Shown: positions 38,620 through 51,500 of the stretch, in pieces
Layout: each line of letters begins with the position of its first letter
Position numbering within the stretch: the first letter of the stretch is position 1
Origin: Antedon mediterranea
Taxonomy: Eukaryota > Animalia > Echinodermata
Direction of reading: 5' to 3'
Assembly: GCF_964355755.1 (NCBI RefSeq)
Contig: NC_092674.1
Location: 16,988,001 to 17,052,000, forward strand
DNA: 64,000 nucleotides
Program-made: the position numbers and the translations under genes
The notes under the pieces: generated by a model
What the model saw: the letters and a program-made list of their open reading frames with translations, nothing else
Databases searched by the model: none
Told to the model about the DNA's origin: nothing

Positions 38620-39818
38620 ACGTAGGAGGATGTACTAGGAACGAAAGGCTGTCCTATGATCAAGCCTATCCCATTTTACTCCCTAGATGTCATCCTGTCT
38701 CATACCTTATAACAAGACAAATACATGAAACCGGACATTATGGCGTCGCAACGACTGCTGCAAAAGTAAGGCGAAAGTTCTGGATTATTAAGGGAACTAC
38801 TCTTGCGAAAACTGTCAAGTTCAGATGTACAGCATGTAGAGTGTTTGAGCACAAAACTGAAACCCAGATTATGGCTGAACTACCGGTAGAACGTGTGACA
38901 CCATTTACACCACCCTTTCACTACACTGCATGCGACTACTTTGTACCATACCACGTCAAAGTTGGCCGCAACAAGACGACCAAGCATTATGGGGTCATCT
39001 TCACCTGTCTAGTGACCCGTGCTGTTCATTTGGAGCTTGCGGTTGACTGTTCGACTCAGGAATATATTCAGGTGCTAAGACGATTTTTTGCTATTAGGGG
39101 ACGTCCAAAACTGATCCAGAGTGACAACGGAACGCAATTTATTGGAGCTGAGCGTGAGCTAAGGGAAATGGTTGCCGGCTGGGACACAATAAAGCTGAAG
39201 GAGTACTGCGCTGAAGAGCAAGTCACTTGGAGGTTTACGACACCATTAGCTCCACACCACAACGGCTGTGCAGAGGCGCTCGTCAAAAGTTGTAAACACG
39301 CACTAAAGAAGTCAATGGGTGAACAACGTCTGACTCCATTTGAGCTGTTTACTTACTTGCAAGAGGTGGCGAATTTAATAAACGAGAGGCCTATTGGTAG
39401 AAAGCCGAACGATCCTGATGACGGTGCATATATTTGTCCTAATGACATCTTACTAGGAAGGGCTTCTAGTCATGTGCCGCAAGGTCCATTTCGTGAAACC
39501 AAGAACCCTCAGAAAAGGGTGGAGTTCGTGCAGAGGTTGGTCGATGCCTTTTGGAAAGCCTGGATGAGGGACGTTTTTCCTTTATTAGTGCCGAGAAAGA
39601 AATGGAGTGTTCAAAAAAGAGATGTGAGGGTTGGTGATGTCGTTATGTTGGCAGATCCCAATGCCGTAAGAGGAAAATGGACCATAGCCAAGATCACGGA
39701 TGTGTACCCCGGAAAGGACCAACACGTGCGAAGTGTAGCGTTGAGAACATCGAGTGGAAGTTATACACGGCCTATCACTAAATTGTCAGTAATCTATCCT
39801 GTTGAAGGTTATGAATAG
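38620..39818 (+). pseudogene. pol: BEL/Pao integrase (HHCC zinc finger, DDE core, C-terminal domain)
   Basis: Resumes in frame after the TSD: HETGHYG, CTAC, ACDYF, TRAVHLE, SDNGTQF, HNGCAEALVK, RPITKL. Confidence 0.92.
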
Positions 39819-39856
39819 GTTAAGTTTATGTGATTTCCTCACATAGGGGAGGAGGA

Positions 39857-40797
39857 TGTTTCGCTTAGAAACTAAGTTGTTTATCTGAACAGAGAGGGCG
39901 CTATATTGCGTGGGAAATTCAGAATGTTCTGCTGCATTCATCTACACGTCTAATGTTTCTCTGATGTAATTACTGGGTTTTTCTATTTAAAACCATAACT
40001 GATGTTTGATAATTGTCATTATGATGATATGTAAGTATTTAAGAATCACATGATTGTTCGTAATTAAGTAATTTTATTGCGTATACCGAATTATGAGCAC
40101 ATTTTAGGTTGATCACTCTAGCATGTGTTTATCATTAGCGACGCTCACATGGTCGGCCTGCTGTTGCTAGCACTCGTATCGGCAGACTTGCTGTATGTGT
40201 AGATTTGTCGCTGTAGTGGGGCAGTTTTTGCCTACATTGATCATAACTTAGATAAATTACAATAACTGAATTATCGTATTAGATATAAGTCAAGTTTACC
40301 GTTACGTTGATGACTTTAATGTTTGTTTGTAAGAACTAATTTATTGCGCTTGAGATATTTCCTTTGTTTGGAGGTAGAACACCGTGGTTTGGTGTCGCAT
40401 TGATATTTGGCAGGACTATTATGTAATAATGCTTGTTATCTGCTTAGTGTATTTACGAAGCTGTTTTTTAGGTTACATTGTTTAAACTTACTGTATTTTA
40501 ATTCTGTCTATTCAGAATGTTTTCTGATAAGAATACTTAACTGATGACGTACTGTACTGATTTGATGTGTAGTTGGGGAGATAAGTTGTAAGTTAACATG
40601 TTGTGTATTAATAGTATTGTAACAATTTAATCTGTTAATTTTCATGAGATTGTCATTACTGTTTTCATTACTGTTTTACTGATACTGTTATTTCTGATTT
40701 GATTCTTTAGAATTGAATAAAAGTTCCTCTATTATCTTACACTGGAGTTTATCTCAATACTTTCTCTTCGCGCCTGCGCCGATCCCTCACCTCGCCA
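39857..40797 (+). repeat. BEL 3' LTR (~940 bp)
   Basis: Starts TG right after the PPT, has AATAAA at ~40716, and ends CA where the Gypsy RT resumes. The partner LTR is not in the window. Confidence 0.7.
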
Positions 40798-42483
40798 GTA
40801 TCTATACCTTCCATTAGGACTATTAAACGTACACAACTTTGAACTATCCTCATCTAACTGTATTTGCCAATACCCACTGCTGAACACTTTTGCATTAGGT
40901 AGCTTAGTTATTACTTCTTCTATCGTTTTCATTGGGTAATGCTGTCTTTCAAGAGCGTCGTTCAAATTGTTTGGATCTATACATATACGTACACTATCTT
41001 TATTTTTTTTACTACCATACTGCTCACCCATTGGGTAGGGTCATTTTGTTTCACTATTACCCCTTTACTTTCCATATTATTTAACTCCTTTAATACTTTC
41101 TTTCTTATTGGAATAGGTACTGATCTTGGCGGATGAATTACCGGTTTTGCATCTTCTTTTACATGCAACTTTTGTACACCACCAATACAACCTAAACCTT
41201 TAAATACATCGTATTTGGATTTCAATTCATTGTAGTCACTATTAGTTTCTATTCTTTCTACTCTCTTCACTAAGTTTAGTCTTTCACAAGCCTGCAGTCC
41301 CAATACAGGATGAACTGCTTTATTCATGACTTGGAACTCTAATTCATAGTATTTATGTTTGTTTTCACAGAGTAGTGTTACTTTACCAACTGGTCTTATC
41401 TTTTCACCAGAATATGTTATAAGCCTTGCATTTGTTTTATTTACTGGAATCTTTAATTCTTGTACTATACTTTCTGTTATCACATTACACTGAGCTCCAG
41501 TATCAATTTTCAACTTTACTACCTTATGTTTGCTATCACTGTTATAGATCTTTAAATTTACAGACCATTCTTTGGTGTTATCTTTATTCTCTAATGTATC
41601 CATTAGGAACTCTTCATCACTATTTGTACTATCACTATCTATTTCTTCTAGTACTTCTATTTTATTTTTCTTATGCCTATATGGCTTTCTTTTATCTTTA
41701 CTCCTACATTTTATAGCAAAATGATTATTTCTTCCACATGCTTTACATTGTTTGCCATATGCTGGACAATTCTTATACTCATGAGTTTTACCACATTGCC
41801 TACAATCCCTTATAACACCAGTTTTATTGTATGAACTACTGGCAGCACTACTGCTAGCTTTTTTGTACTTATATTCTGTTTTAAGCTTATTTATTTTACT
41901 CTCTTCTATCACTTCGCTGTTGTCCGTCTTCGATGCATCTTTCATTACACATCTTTGTTTGCGGCTAATCTCTGTTGCTTGGCATATTTCTACTGCTTTC
42001 TGTAGCGTTAAATCATTTTCACGAAGTAACCTTTCTCTTACAGTATCACTTTCTAATTCCTACTACTATTCTGTCCTTTATTAAGCTATCATGTAAATTA
42101 TCAAATTCACACGTTCTTGCTTTACTTCTTAAATCAGTTATGAATTGATCAAACCCTTCACCTTCCTTTTGTATTCTTGTATTGAACTTATGCCTTTCAT
42201 ACGTTATGTTTCTTTGGGGCTCAAAATGTGTTTTAAATTTCTGAAGAATTACCTCTACATCTTCAGCATCTTCGTCAGCTGTAAATACAAATGTGTTGAA
42301 TATGTCTAGCGCCTCCTCGCCTATTACATGCAATAGTGTACTACACTTTACCTTTGCTGGCTTCCTATCTAGGCCACTAGCTGTAATGTACAACCCAAAA
42401 CGTTGACTCCATTTTCTCCATTCTTCTGCCATATTATTATTGACATTTACTTTCAAAGATTCTGGAGGTTTTAATCCATTCAT
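40798..42483 (-). pseudogene. Gypsy gag-protease-RT N-terminus (frameshifted)
   Basis: ORFs 42046-42522, 40977-41945 and 40732-41031: MNGLKPPE, YERHKF, CKACGRNNHFAIKC, VRICIDP. Confidence 0.88.
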
Positions 42484-42625
42484 TCTGACACCATGTAATA
42501 TTACTTGTTTTAATAATAACACAGGTAGTAGTCGTGACTTGATTAGTGTTTCATTTATTACATCTCGACCATCTTGGTTCTCCTACATCAAGTGATGCCA
42601 TGAGGCATTGCTCACTCAACTGTAC

Positions 42626-43460
42626 CAAAGAATATATATCACAAGAATGAGTATTCCGCGATTTTTGCATGAGAAAGTTGTAACAGAAAGCTCCAGTGAG
42701 TGATGCCCGCCCTCATAAGGGTGGATGTATACATACTAAATAAGACTTGATTTAATAGATATTATACATGTCACATTAAATAGAATGATGATACTGGTTT
42801 TTGCAATTGTAAACTATTTTATAATACATATCTATTAACAAACTAGTGTACATTCACTTTTACAGACAATTATTTACTAACATGCTAAGTTTAGTTCACA
42901 AAAAAGGCCTAACACAGCAATACCAAAAATCAACGAATCGTTACTCAGCACGGCCTATTCTTTACCATTGCCGTGTACTACTCTACGCCCGGTAAATTAA
43001 GTATTGTTTTTATGATATAAATTAGTATAAAATACATGTTATTAATAGGACAAAATGTTAAATGTCATTAACATTTATTTGTTTTACCAGAAACAAGTTA
43101 AATATAGGAATATTATTAAACTATCCTTCGTGAAAACGCGTAAACACCAACACGCCCGGTCACGCTATCGTAGCGGCCGGTTGATAAAGCAAACTGTTTA
43201 TACGGCAGTTTTTACTAAATAAATTGCATAAAATGAACAATTAAATATCCAAATAGTATTTAACATGATGTTGGCATGTAGTTGATAACATTTTTTATCA
43301 TGAAAATACTACCGGTGGTCCAGCCTTTGATTAGTGAAACCGTCACAAAAAGTATACATCCCAGATACATCCACACTTATGGCAGCGCCCTACCACATGG
43401 ACAATATTACTGTTACAGAGAAAATCGCGGATTACTCATTCTTGTGATATATATTCTTTG
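42626..43460. mobile_element. Non-autonomous P-superfamily-like MITE (835 bp) inside the Gypsy LTR
   Basis: ~40-bp TIRs starting CAAAGAATATATATCACAAGAATGAGTA; 7-bp TSD ACTGTAC at 42619-42625 and 43461-43467. Confidence 0.82.
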
Positions 43461-43499
43461 ACTGTACACTAACTATAGAGGGCTCACTCTATACTTACA

Positions 43500-43817
43500 A
43501 TATCCAGAAAGATTTCGAACGCATTGAGTCGGATGCCTCTCATCCTCTCCACAAAGTGATCATAGACCAACTTAATCCAAGTGGTAGATTGAGGCTCCTC
43601 AGTGTGAAAACAAATCGATTTGCTAAATCCTTTATTCCCTCCGGTATCATCCAGTACAACAGGAAGTCAAGAAGATAATTTTATATTGTAATTTTTTAGA
43701 TGTTTTTATATGAATGGTTTTATGCTATATTTGTTTTTATAGTGTTTTCTTTGTTATTATGACGAGCAATGAATTTCCTTTTTGAGGATCAATAAAAGTT
43801 ATCTTATCTTATCTTAT
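43500..43817 (+). mobile_element. 3' end of a Rex1/Babar-like (CR1-group) LINE
   Basis: Frame from 43502 reads DASHPLH...PSGRLR...KTNRFAKSFIPSGI..YN to a stop; AATAAA at 43791 then (TCTTA)n tail. Confidence 0.72.
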
Positions 43818-44106
43818 AGCCTTAACTATTATGCTATCATTACAAAATGGTGACGATACCTGACACGTTTCTCGGAAAGGCGACGTAGGCCTATTTGGTA
43901 AAGTTATCCAAAGTACCCTCCAGGATTACAGCAGAATCAGATCAAAATTGATACAAACAGTAGAAAATATATATAAATCCAAAGGTAAATTACTAAAAAA
44001 ATGACAATGATGTGGGTATCAGTGGCTGGATCTCAATGGAGATACAGTACAAAAAAAAAAAGCGAAAAGCTAAATCAAAACGATATGTAAAAAGCCAGAA
44101 AAGTTA

Positions 44107-44143
44107 GCAGAGCTTTCGGGCAACGCTAGCCCTTCATCAGTAC
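44107..44143 (-). ncRNA. Minimal type I hammerhead ribozyme (Penelope-associated form)
   Basis: Minus strand reads GUA CUGAUGA A GGGC uagcguu GCCC GAAA GC UC^UGC: conserved core, stem II, palindromic AGCU stem III, short stem I. Confidence 0.7.
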
Positions 44144-44175
44144 AAGTGAAGGAATTTGGATAACGTCATAGTATA

Positions 44176-44550
44176 TATACTTGAATTATAATTTATGTAT
44201 ACATATTTTTTTTTTCATTTACCAATATCGGTAGTTATTTCATTTATAATTATCATGAAACTATTGAAATATAACTTAAATAATTTTTATAAAGAAGATG
44301 TTAGTTATGTTATTATACTGTAATTTTTTATCCTAAATTATATAATTATATATTCTAGGTTATTTTTATTTTTTTAGTAATGTGTTTTGTTGTGGGTCCC
44401 TACGAGACAAGTTTTTAACTTCTAGAAGGGATCCATGATAATAATGACTACCAATTACTGCTTTATCTATGTTCACTTTAATATCTTTTTTCTATTTTGT
44501 ATATATTCATTCATTATTATCTAAATAAATATTATCTGAATCTGAATCTG
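44176..44550 (+). mobile_element. 3' UTR fragment of an L2/CR1-group LINE
   Basis: Absent from copy 2 (empty site GTATA|AGAGCT at 53030). Stem GGGTCCCT...AGGGATCC, AATAAA, (TCTGAA)n tail. Confidence 0.62.
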
Positions 44551-44825
44551 AGAGCTGGCAAGTGTTGCCTGGGTGGACAGGAATAAAAGAAATACAACAA
44601 AAGGAGGCAGAGTGGAGTCTGAATAAGAGCAGAAACAGAGAAGGTAGCTTGGTAGAGATATAAACAATTTTGTAATAAATTAATCATGATTATGTATTAT
44701 TTATACTGTTGACCTATTGTATCTTTATACTTTTATTCAATTGTTTTTTAGTTTTATTTTCTATATAAGTATTTTTTTTTTCTGTCAGACATTTTGGGAT
44801 ACCACTAGGTTAGATATATATATAT

Positions 44826-47510
44826 GATCTAGGTGTTCGTATTTATAATGTATGCATGGGTAGCCTTTTTTGGGCAGATGACGTTGTACTTATGGCAAAC
44901 AATGAAAATGATCTGAGTGAGATGCTCAATCTAGCATCTAAATTTGCAAAGTCATGGAAATTAAATTTTAATCATGAAAAGTCGAAGGTCCTTATTGTTG
45001 GACAGCGCATAAACAATAAGATGTGGAAATTGGGCGATCAATATATTTCTGAGGTTGAAACCTATAAATATCTTGGTACTTACGTATCAAGAAATATTTC
45101 AGATCATTTTCACATCGACCAAATCATCAATAAAGGCAATAGAGTCATTGCTTATGTAAGGATGTGGACGACAACACAAAAGGAAAAACACGCCTTTTCT
45201 CACTTTTACCACGGTCCGGTGGTGTATTTGGTTTTAATTTGTTTTTAGCATAACAATAGAGATCAGTATGGTCCTGAAAACCACAAAATAAATACAATGA
45301 GAAACAAAAGTAAATAATATTCTAAAATACAAGCCAATTCTTAGTAACGACCTCAACTTAACAGGCGACTCTAATAAAAAGGATTCTCTCTGAGGACTGC
45401 GACTATTACGTCAAACGGCACGTCTACCTAAACAGCCTCTGTATACTTTGTTAGAGTATACAAATACCTAATTAATTACCTACACAATTGCATCATAAGT
45501 GCCTGAATATTACTATTATATTACTAGAATAAATGCATGTTGGAATTTACTCACACTATTTGAATACTAAACTTAGTCTATTCATTGAATCAAGGAGTTA
45601 TAATCTTAGGTTTGTGTAAAATATATAAACAATAACAAATCCATGGGCGCAGCCATTTTGTATGATAAATAGAGGGCGCACTACATGACGATCTATCACG
45701 AGCATGGTAGCCTCGTGTGTACAAATTAATCAAGTGTGAACTGTAGGATGAACTATTTTATACAAACTGTTAACTAGAAACTATCTTCTATAAACTAAAC
45801 ATTACTAAATCTATCTAAACATATTTTGTTAATACAAAGAAGGTTTATCACAAAAGTATATATTATAACATTATATGGCATAAAATCCTAGTTCAAAGAT
45901 TGTAACACAATACTATTCAATAGGCTTCCTAACTGCACATTCCATGAGTCACGGTTAACCCAAAACAAATGTCTAGGCCTATGAATGCAATCATCTTAAA
46001 ATACAACATTAATGTTTCTTAAACATAACAGAATCTTATAAATGTATAACAAAGTAATATATGTATAAAGTAGAGCAATTACCTTTTAATCAGATCTTTA
46101 ATTAAATAAGAGACAAAACTATCTGCTTCCTTGACCGGTTCATGAATACAAAAGAAAGAAAATCATTTGAAAAAGACTGTTACAATTATAGGGGGCAGCA
46201 ACACCTATAGGGGGCAGTATTTATTTATCACATGATTAGATTAATCCCCACACTTATATTAAGTCAATTATAGACCGATTTGATAATTTTAGTAGAATTT
46301 TCTATGGTGACATTCTATGGAAAACAATTGCTCTTCCTACAATAAATTATGCTTGTTCAGTGTGGGTTAGCCAAAGCAGGAAAGATATTGATAAAATTGA
46401 GTCACTTCAATTACAAATGGCGCGGTACATCTTAAAAGCTAGTAGAAATACACCTAAAGAGGCCTTGCATGGGGATTTAGGGTGGGTTCCAATTAAAGTT
46501 ATTCAAGATATATCTAGAGCCAAATTTATTAATTATGTAATGAACATGGATAAACACCGTTGGCCTAACTTTATCCTTAATACGTGTCTAAGTTCAACTA
46601 CAAATGTAGAACCACGCTATAAACTGATTCCCAGTTTTGCTAAGACGTGTGCGTCTATTAATATGGACATTGACTCAATTTTCGAAACTTCCTACCTTGG
46701 CAATGACCCTGATAGTCATTGGGTTAAGAGATTTAAATAGTTGATGCATGACACAAACATTGCATTTTGAAAAAGTGAAATGCTAAGAAAATCGTCACTT
46801 CAGACATACTCCCTTATTAAGTCTAATCCGTGCCTTGAAAAATATTTATTGGATTGTACAGACTTTCTAGGATCTAGCCTCAAATTCAAACTACGTTCTA
46901 ACACCCTTCCTTTAGGTCACAGGAGTTGTAAGTGGCTTCCTGAATATGATGGTATCTGTAATATGTGTAAGAATGGTTTAGAAGACATTCAACATTTTCT
47001 ATTCACATGTAACCAACTCAATGGCATAAGGATTGAAGAATATACCAAATTAGAATATATGTTAATCGATATCAATCATTTAGATGTATGGGAAAATTTT
47101 ATCTCTGGTGACCTGAACACCAAATTAAATCTTGTATTAGGTGGAACTGATAACTACTATCATTATATGTATGACGTCGATTCCATATAAAATATCTTTG
47201 ATTGTTACTGTAAGCACTATGTTAAAAGAGCTTGGGCACACAGATGTATTGTTCTAGGCGAGTAATGTTCATATCAATCAAACTAAATGTTCTTGTAATT
47301 TTGTATTTTTAGGTGTCAGTTCAATGGTATTGTAGTTACTGTAGTTGAATTGTTTTGACATGTTGACCTACGTCGACTTTTTATTGTAATTGTTATTTTC
47401 TATATCATGTTTTTTTTTTTTTTTTTTTGTATATTTCTCTTGGATGCACCTTCCATTTGGTCGAGTGCCACTGTTGTAAAAGTGTAATCTCCAAATAAAT
47501 TATTATTATT
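44826..47510 (+). mobile_element. 5'-truncated RTE-X-like LINE inserted in a (TA)n tract, split by a solo LTR
   Basis: WADD and YKYLG, continuing IAY-IKSIID; GDLGW; CNMCKNGLEDIQHFLFTC; AATAAA plus (TTA)n tail. Absent from copy 2. Clade assignment is tentative. Confidence 0.75.
45155..46252. mobile_element. Solo LTR (1098 bp)
   Basis: TG...CA ends; 4-bp TSD CTTA at 45151-45154 and 46253-46256; removal restores the LINE reading frame. Confidence 0.8.
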
Positions 47511-48227
47511 ATATAAGAAATTACCAACATTTCACTGTTCTTTGACAAGAATAATAGAGAGGTTTCGCAATCTTACGAATACGAAAACGGATACGTCACG
47601 CACACGTATTCGTTTTCGTAAGTCAGTAAAAATCTGTTTCGCATGGCAACGAAATATTGAGGGCGCCGTCCAAAGTATGACTGTGGTAAATTTGAGCGCT
47701 TGGCTGCCTAGGCCTAGCGTAACATTAAAGCGAGTGAGGACTTTAAAAACTGCTATTTATCTAAATTGACCTGGCATTTTAGTAAATTACTTTAGTAAAT
47801 TACTTTCAATAAATCTATAATTATATTATAATCATGAATCATTCCTAATTCAAATGCAAAATGTGCAAAATAGATAAAAAACTATAGGCCTACTCGTTTT
47901 GTAGTTACGAATATGACTGGTGATATTGCTATGCTATCATTACAAAATGGTGACGATACCTGACACGTTTCTCGGAAAGGCGACGTAGGCCTATTTGGTA
48001 AAGTTATCCAAAGTATCCTCCAAGATTGCAGCAAAATCAGATCAAAATTGATACAAACAGTAGAAAATATATATATAAATCCAAAGGTAAATTACTGAAA
48101 AAATGACAATGATGTGGGTATCAGTGGCTGGATCTCAATGGAGATACAAAAAAAAAGCGAAAAGCTAAATCAAAACGACATGTAAACAGCCAGAAAAGTT
48201 AGCAGAGCTTTCGGGCAACACTAGCCC

Positions 48228-48402
48228 TGTAGTATATGCACGCGCACATATAATATATGCGTACTGCGCATATGGTCGGACGAGGTTAGCCTACAAAACG
48301 TTCTATACTATTGTTCATAACTACTAGTTGGTTTCATTAAATACGTTCATTATTATACTCATCTCAACGTACTTATTAATTTGTCTACGACGATACACGA
48401 CA
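48228..48402 (+). repeat. 5' LTR of intact Gypsy
   Basis: TGTAG...CGACA, identical to 52808-52982. Confidence 0.95.
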
Positions 48403-48577
48403 CTGGCGACGAGGATACAGGCACATTTACATAGAGAGAAACGGAAGTATAATAATATTATAAAACTAGGCCTAGGCTAGCAGTTTTTGATTTTCCAACA
48501 ACGGCAACCGTAACCAAGGAACCGCACGGGCTAATAACGATTCTGAGCGCCCTGAACGTACAGAGCGAAGCGCGGTA

Positions 48578-51500
48578 ATGGCAGCGGCTGATACCAGAAT
48601 TCTATTCGAGGAATTCAACGTCCAGGATGGAGACATAGATACGTATGTGGACAGGCTGGAACAATATTTTGTGGCATTAGATATCAATGACGGAGGTAAG
48701 AAAAGAGCGATATTAATGAGTAGTTTAGGAGAGACTGGATACACAACGATACGAGATTTGTGTTTTCCTGATAAACCAAGTACAAAATCGTACGATACGC
48801 TCACAACCAAGCTCAAAGAGCATTACAAACCTACTCGAATAACGATTTCTGAACGATTTATATTCAGAAATGTAAAACAGACACCGGGACAGACTATTTC
48901 TCAATTTGTATCCCATCTAAAGAAAAAGGCGATACATTGTGGTTTTGAAGGAGAGGCATTGGAAAACGCACTGCGTGATCAGTTCGTATGTGGACTAATA
49001 AGTCAGAGCATCCAAAAGAAATTATTGACAAAGAACCATACGTTCAAGGAAGCAACAGACATAGCCATAGCCTCGGAGGCAGCAACAGCGAATATGAAAA
49101 GTATGTCGCACGATGTGGACAAGCCAATCAACCACGTTACGTCTAACAGCAGGAAGTCTACGAAAACGTATCAAGCGTCAAAACAAACACGAACGCAGAA
49201 ATGTGACCGCTGTGGTATGAACAATCATACAAGAGATACGTGTAAATACAAAAACGCTACATGCTTTAAATGCAACAAACAAGGACACCTAAAATCAGAA
49301 TGCAGGCAGTCGAGTAAATCAACAAAACAATATAAACCTAAATCCATCAAGCAAGTAGAAGCACCGGATTACGACGAAGGTAATGACGATTTTGTAGATA
49401 CAATGTTTTGCGTAGGCATTAAGCAGGACAATTCGGTACCACCAATAACGGTACAGATGCGAGTTGATGATATAGATATTGATTTTGAAGTAGATACGGG
49501 CGCAGCAGTATCGATAATTAGCTTTGACGATTACGAAAGCAAGCTTAGCCATCTACCATTAAAGTCAGTAAAACGTACACTTCACGCATACACAGGTACT
49601 AAGTTCGATATAGCAGGAGAAATTAAAGTCACCGTGAACTATAGGGGCGAGAGTAACGTTCTCCCACTGATAGTAGTGAGAACACAGCGACGAAACTCAC
49701 CACCCTTGCTTGGAAGAACCTGGTTAGAAGTGATTAAGTTGGACTGGAAGTCATTATTTCCACCATCGCTTGCTCAGAATTCGGTAGAAATAGATAACGA
49801 TGTCGGTCAGTCATTCAAACGGAAGTTCCCAGAAGTTTTCCGAACGGAATTAGGTACGGTTCAGGGACACAAAGCGACATTACATCTAAAAGTGAACGCA
49901 ATCCCAAAATTCTGCAAAGCTCGAAATGTTCCATTTGCGCTACGCTCCGCAGTTGAGGTAGAGTTAGACAGAATGCAAAACGAAGGAGTTATTTATCCGG
50001 TAGACTTTAGTCAGTGGGCAACCCCATTGGTATGTATTCCAAAGGCCGATGGCAGGGTACGTGTCTGCGGAGATTATAAAGTAACAGTCAACCCGAGTTT
50101 AAATTGCGACCAATATCCAATTCCGACCCCAGAGGAAGTTTTCACCAAGTTGGGAGGTGGAAAGCGATTCTTTAAGATTGATTTGAAATGTGCGTACCAG
50201 CAGTTAGTACTGGAAGACGAGGCGCAAGAGTTGGTAACGATCAACACGCACCGCGGATTATATCGATACACGAGGTTACCGTTTGGTATTTCGTCCAGTC
50301 CAGCCATATGGCAGCGATTCATAGAACAGGTGATAGCAGGACTTAAAGGAACATGTGCGATCATGGACGATGTTCTTGTTACAGGTGCGTCTGATAAAGA
50401 GCATATTAGTAATCTTGAGAAACTATTTGAGAGATTTAACAAGTATGGTCTCAGAGTGAAAGCTGAGAAATGCGCGTTTGTACAAAAGGAAGTAGTCTAC
50501 ATGGGACGTAAGCTATCAGCAGCAGGAATTCAACCGACAAACGATAAAGTGAAAGCCATCAAGGATGCACGAGCACCACAGAATGCAACAGAACTAAGAT
50601 CCTGGCTAGGACTAGTTAACTATCACGCGTCATTTATTCCACGATTATCGACGATGATACATCCTTTGAATGAGCTGTTGGGAAGCAAACCATGGTCATG
50701 GACTGTCGACTGTAGTAAAGCGTTTAACGCGGTAAAGCGAATTATTAGCGAAGACATGATGTTGACGCATTATGACCCATTAAAACCACTGGAACTATAC
50801 ACGGACGCATCACCATACGGAGTTGGCGCAGTCATTTGCCACGTAAACGAGAACAATATCAAAACACCGATCGCGTACGCATCGCGAAGCCTGCATAAAC
50901 ACGAAAAGGGTTATGCACAACTAGACAAGGAAGCCCTAAGCATCATGTTTGGACTTCAAAGGTTTAGAACATACTTATACGGACGGAAATTCACGATAAG
51001 AACTGATCATAAGCCACTTGAACGCATTCTAGGACCTAAATCAGCTATTCCGACACTGGCCGCACAGAGATTACAGCGATGGGCAATCGTGCTGTCAGCG
51101 TTCGAATACGATTTAAAGTTCATTCCTGGAAAACAGAACGTAATTGCCGACGCACTCTCACGTCTCCCAATGCCATACGAAGGACGGGAAGACGATGCAG
51201 TATATAACATAGCGGGGCATACATTAGACAATTTGCCAGTCACGAGTACGAACGTACAACAGCATACCAGGAAAGACCCGCTATTGAGCAAAGTGTTATA
51301 CATGGTACAGACAGGTTTATGGCAGTCAGAAAACGACGACGATCTAAAACCATTCCTACACCGAAGAGACGAATTGAGTGTAGAACAGGACTGTTTGCTG
51401 TGGGGATACAGGGTAGTGATTCCACCGAAACTCAGAGGGGCAGTTCTGGAGGAGCTTCATTGTGCTCACCCCGGAATCGTGCGTATGAAAGAGATTGCGC

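Larger units (their letters stand above)
1..40797 (+). mobile_element. BEL/Pao LTR retrotransposon (5' LTR outside window), interrupted by two Tx1/L1 LINEs
   Basis: Order is gag (83-707, resuming 33995), protease, RT, Pao RNase H, integrase, polypurine tract AGGGGAGGAGGA (39845-39856), then a 3' LTR starting TG at 39857. It abuts a Gypsy RT at 40798. Confidence 0.9.
40798..43499 (-). mobile_element. Gypsy (Mag-like) LTR retrotransposon, 5' part; RT cut by the BEL insertion
   Basis: LTR TGTAA...TTACA from 43499 to 42494 (about 164 bp without the MITE). PBS TGGTGTCAGAA (tRNA-Leu-like). Gag, zinc knuckles, protease KIDTGAQCNVI, and RT GYWQIQL...GRYRY truncated at 40798. Confidence 0.88.
43830..47544 (-). 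repeat. Copy 1 of ~650-bp segment with Penelope-like pLTR/hammerhead, split by two LINE insertions
   Basis: 43830-44175, 44551-44820 and 47511-47544 align with 47930-48227 plus 52988-53330. Confidence 0.8.

Noticed and set aside
40760-40797. Minus-strand TGGCGAGG as a primer-binding site of another element
   Set aside because: No adjoining LTR or gag on that strand; better explained as the CA end of the BEL LTR.
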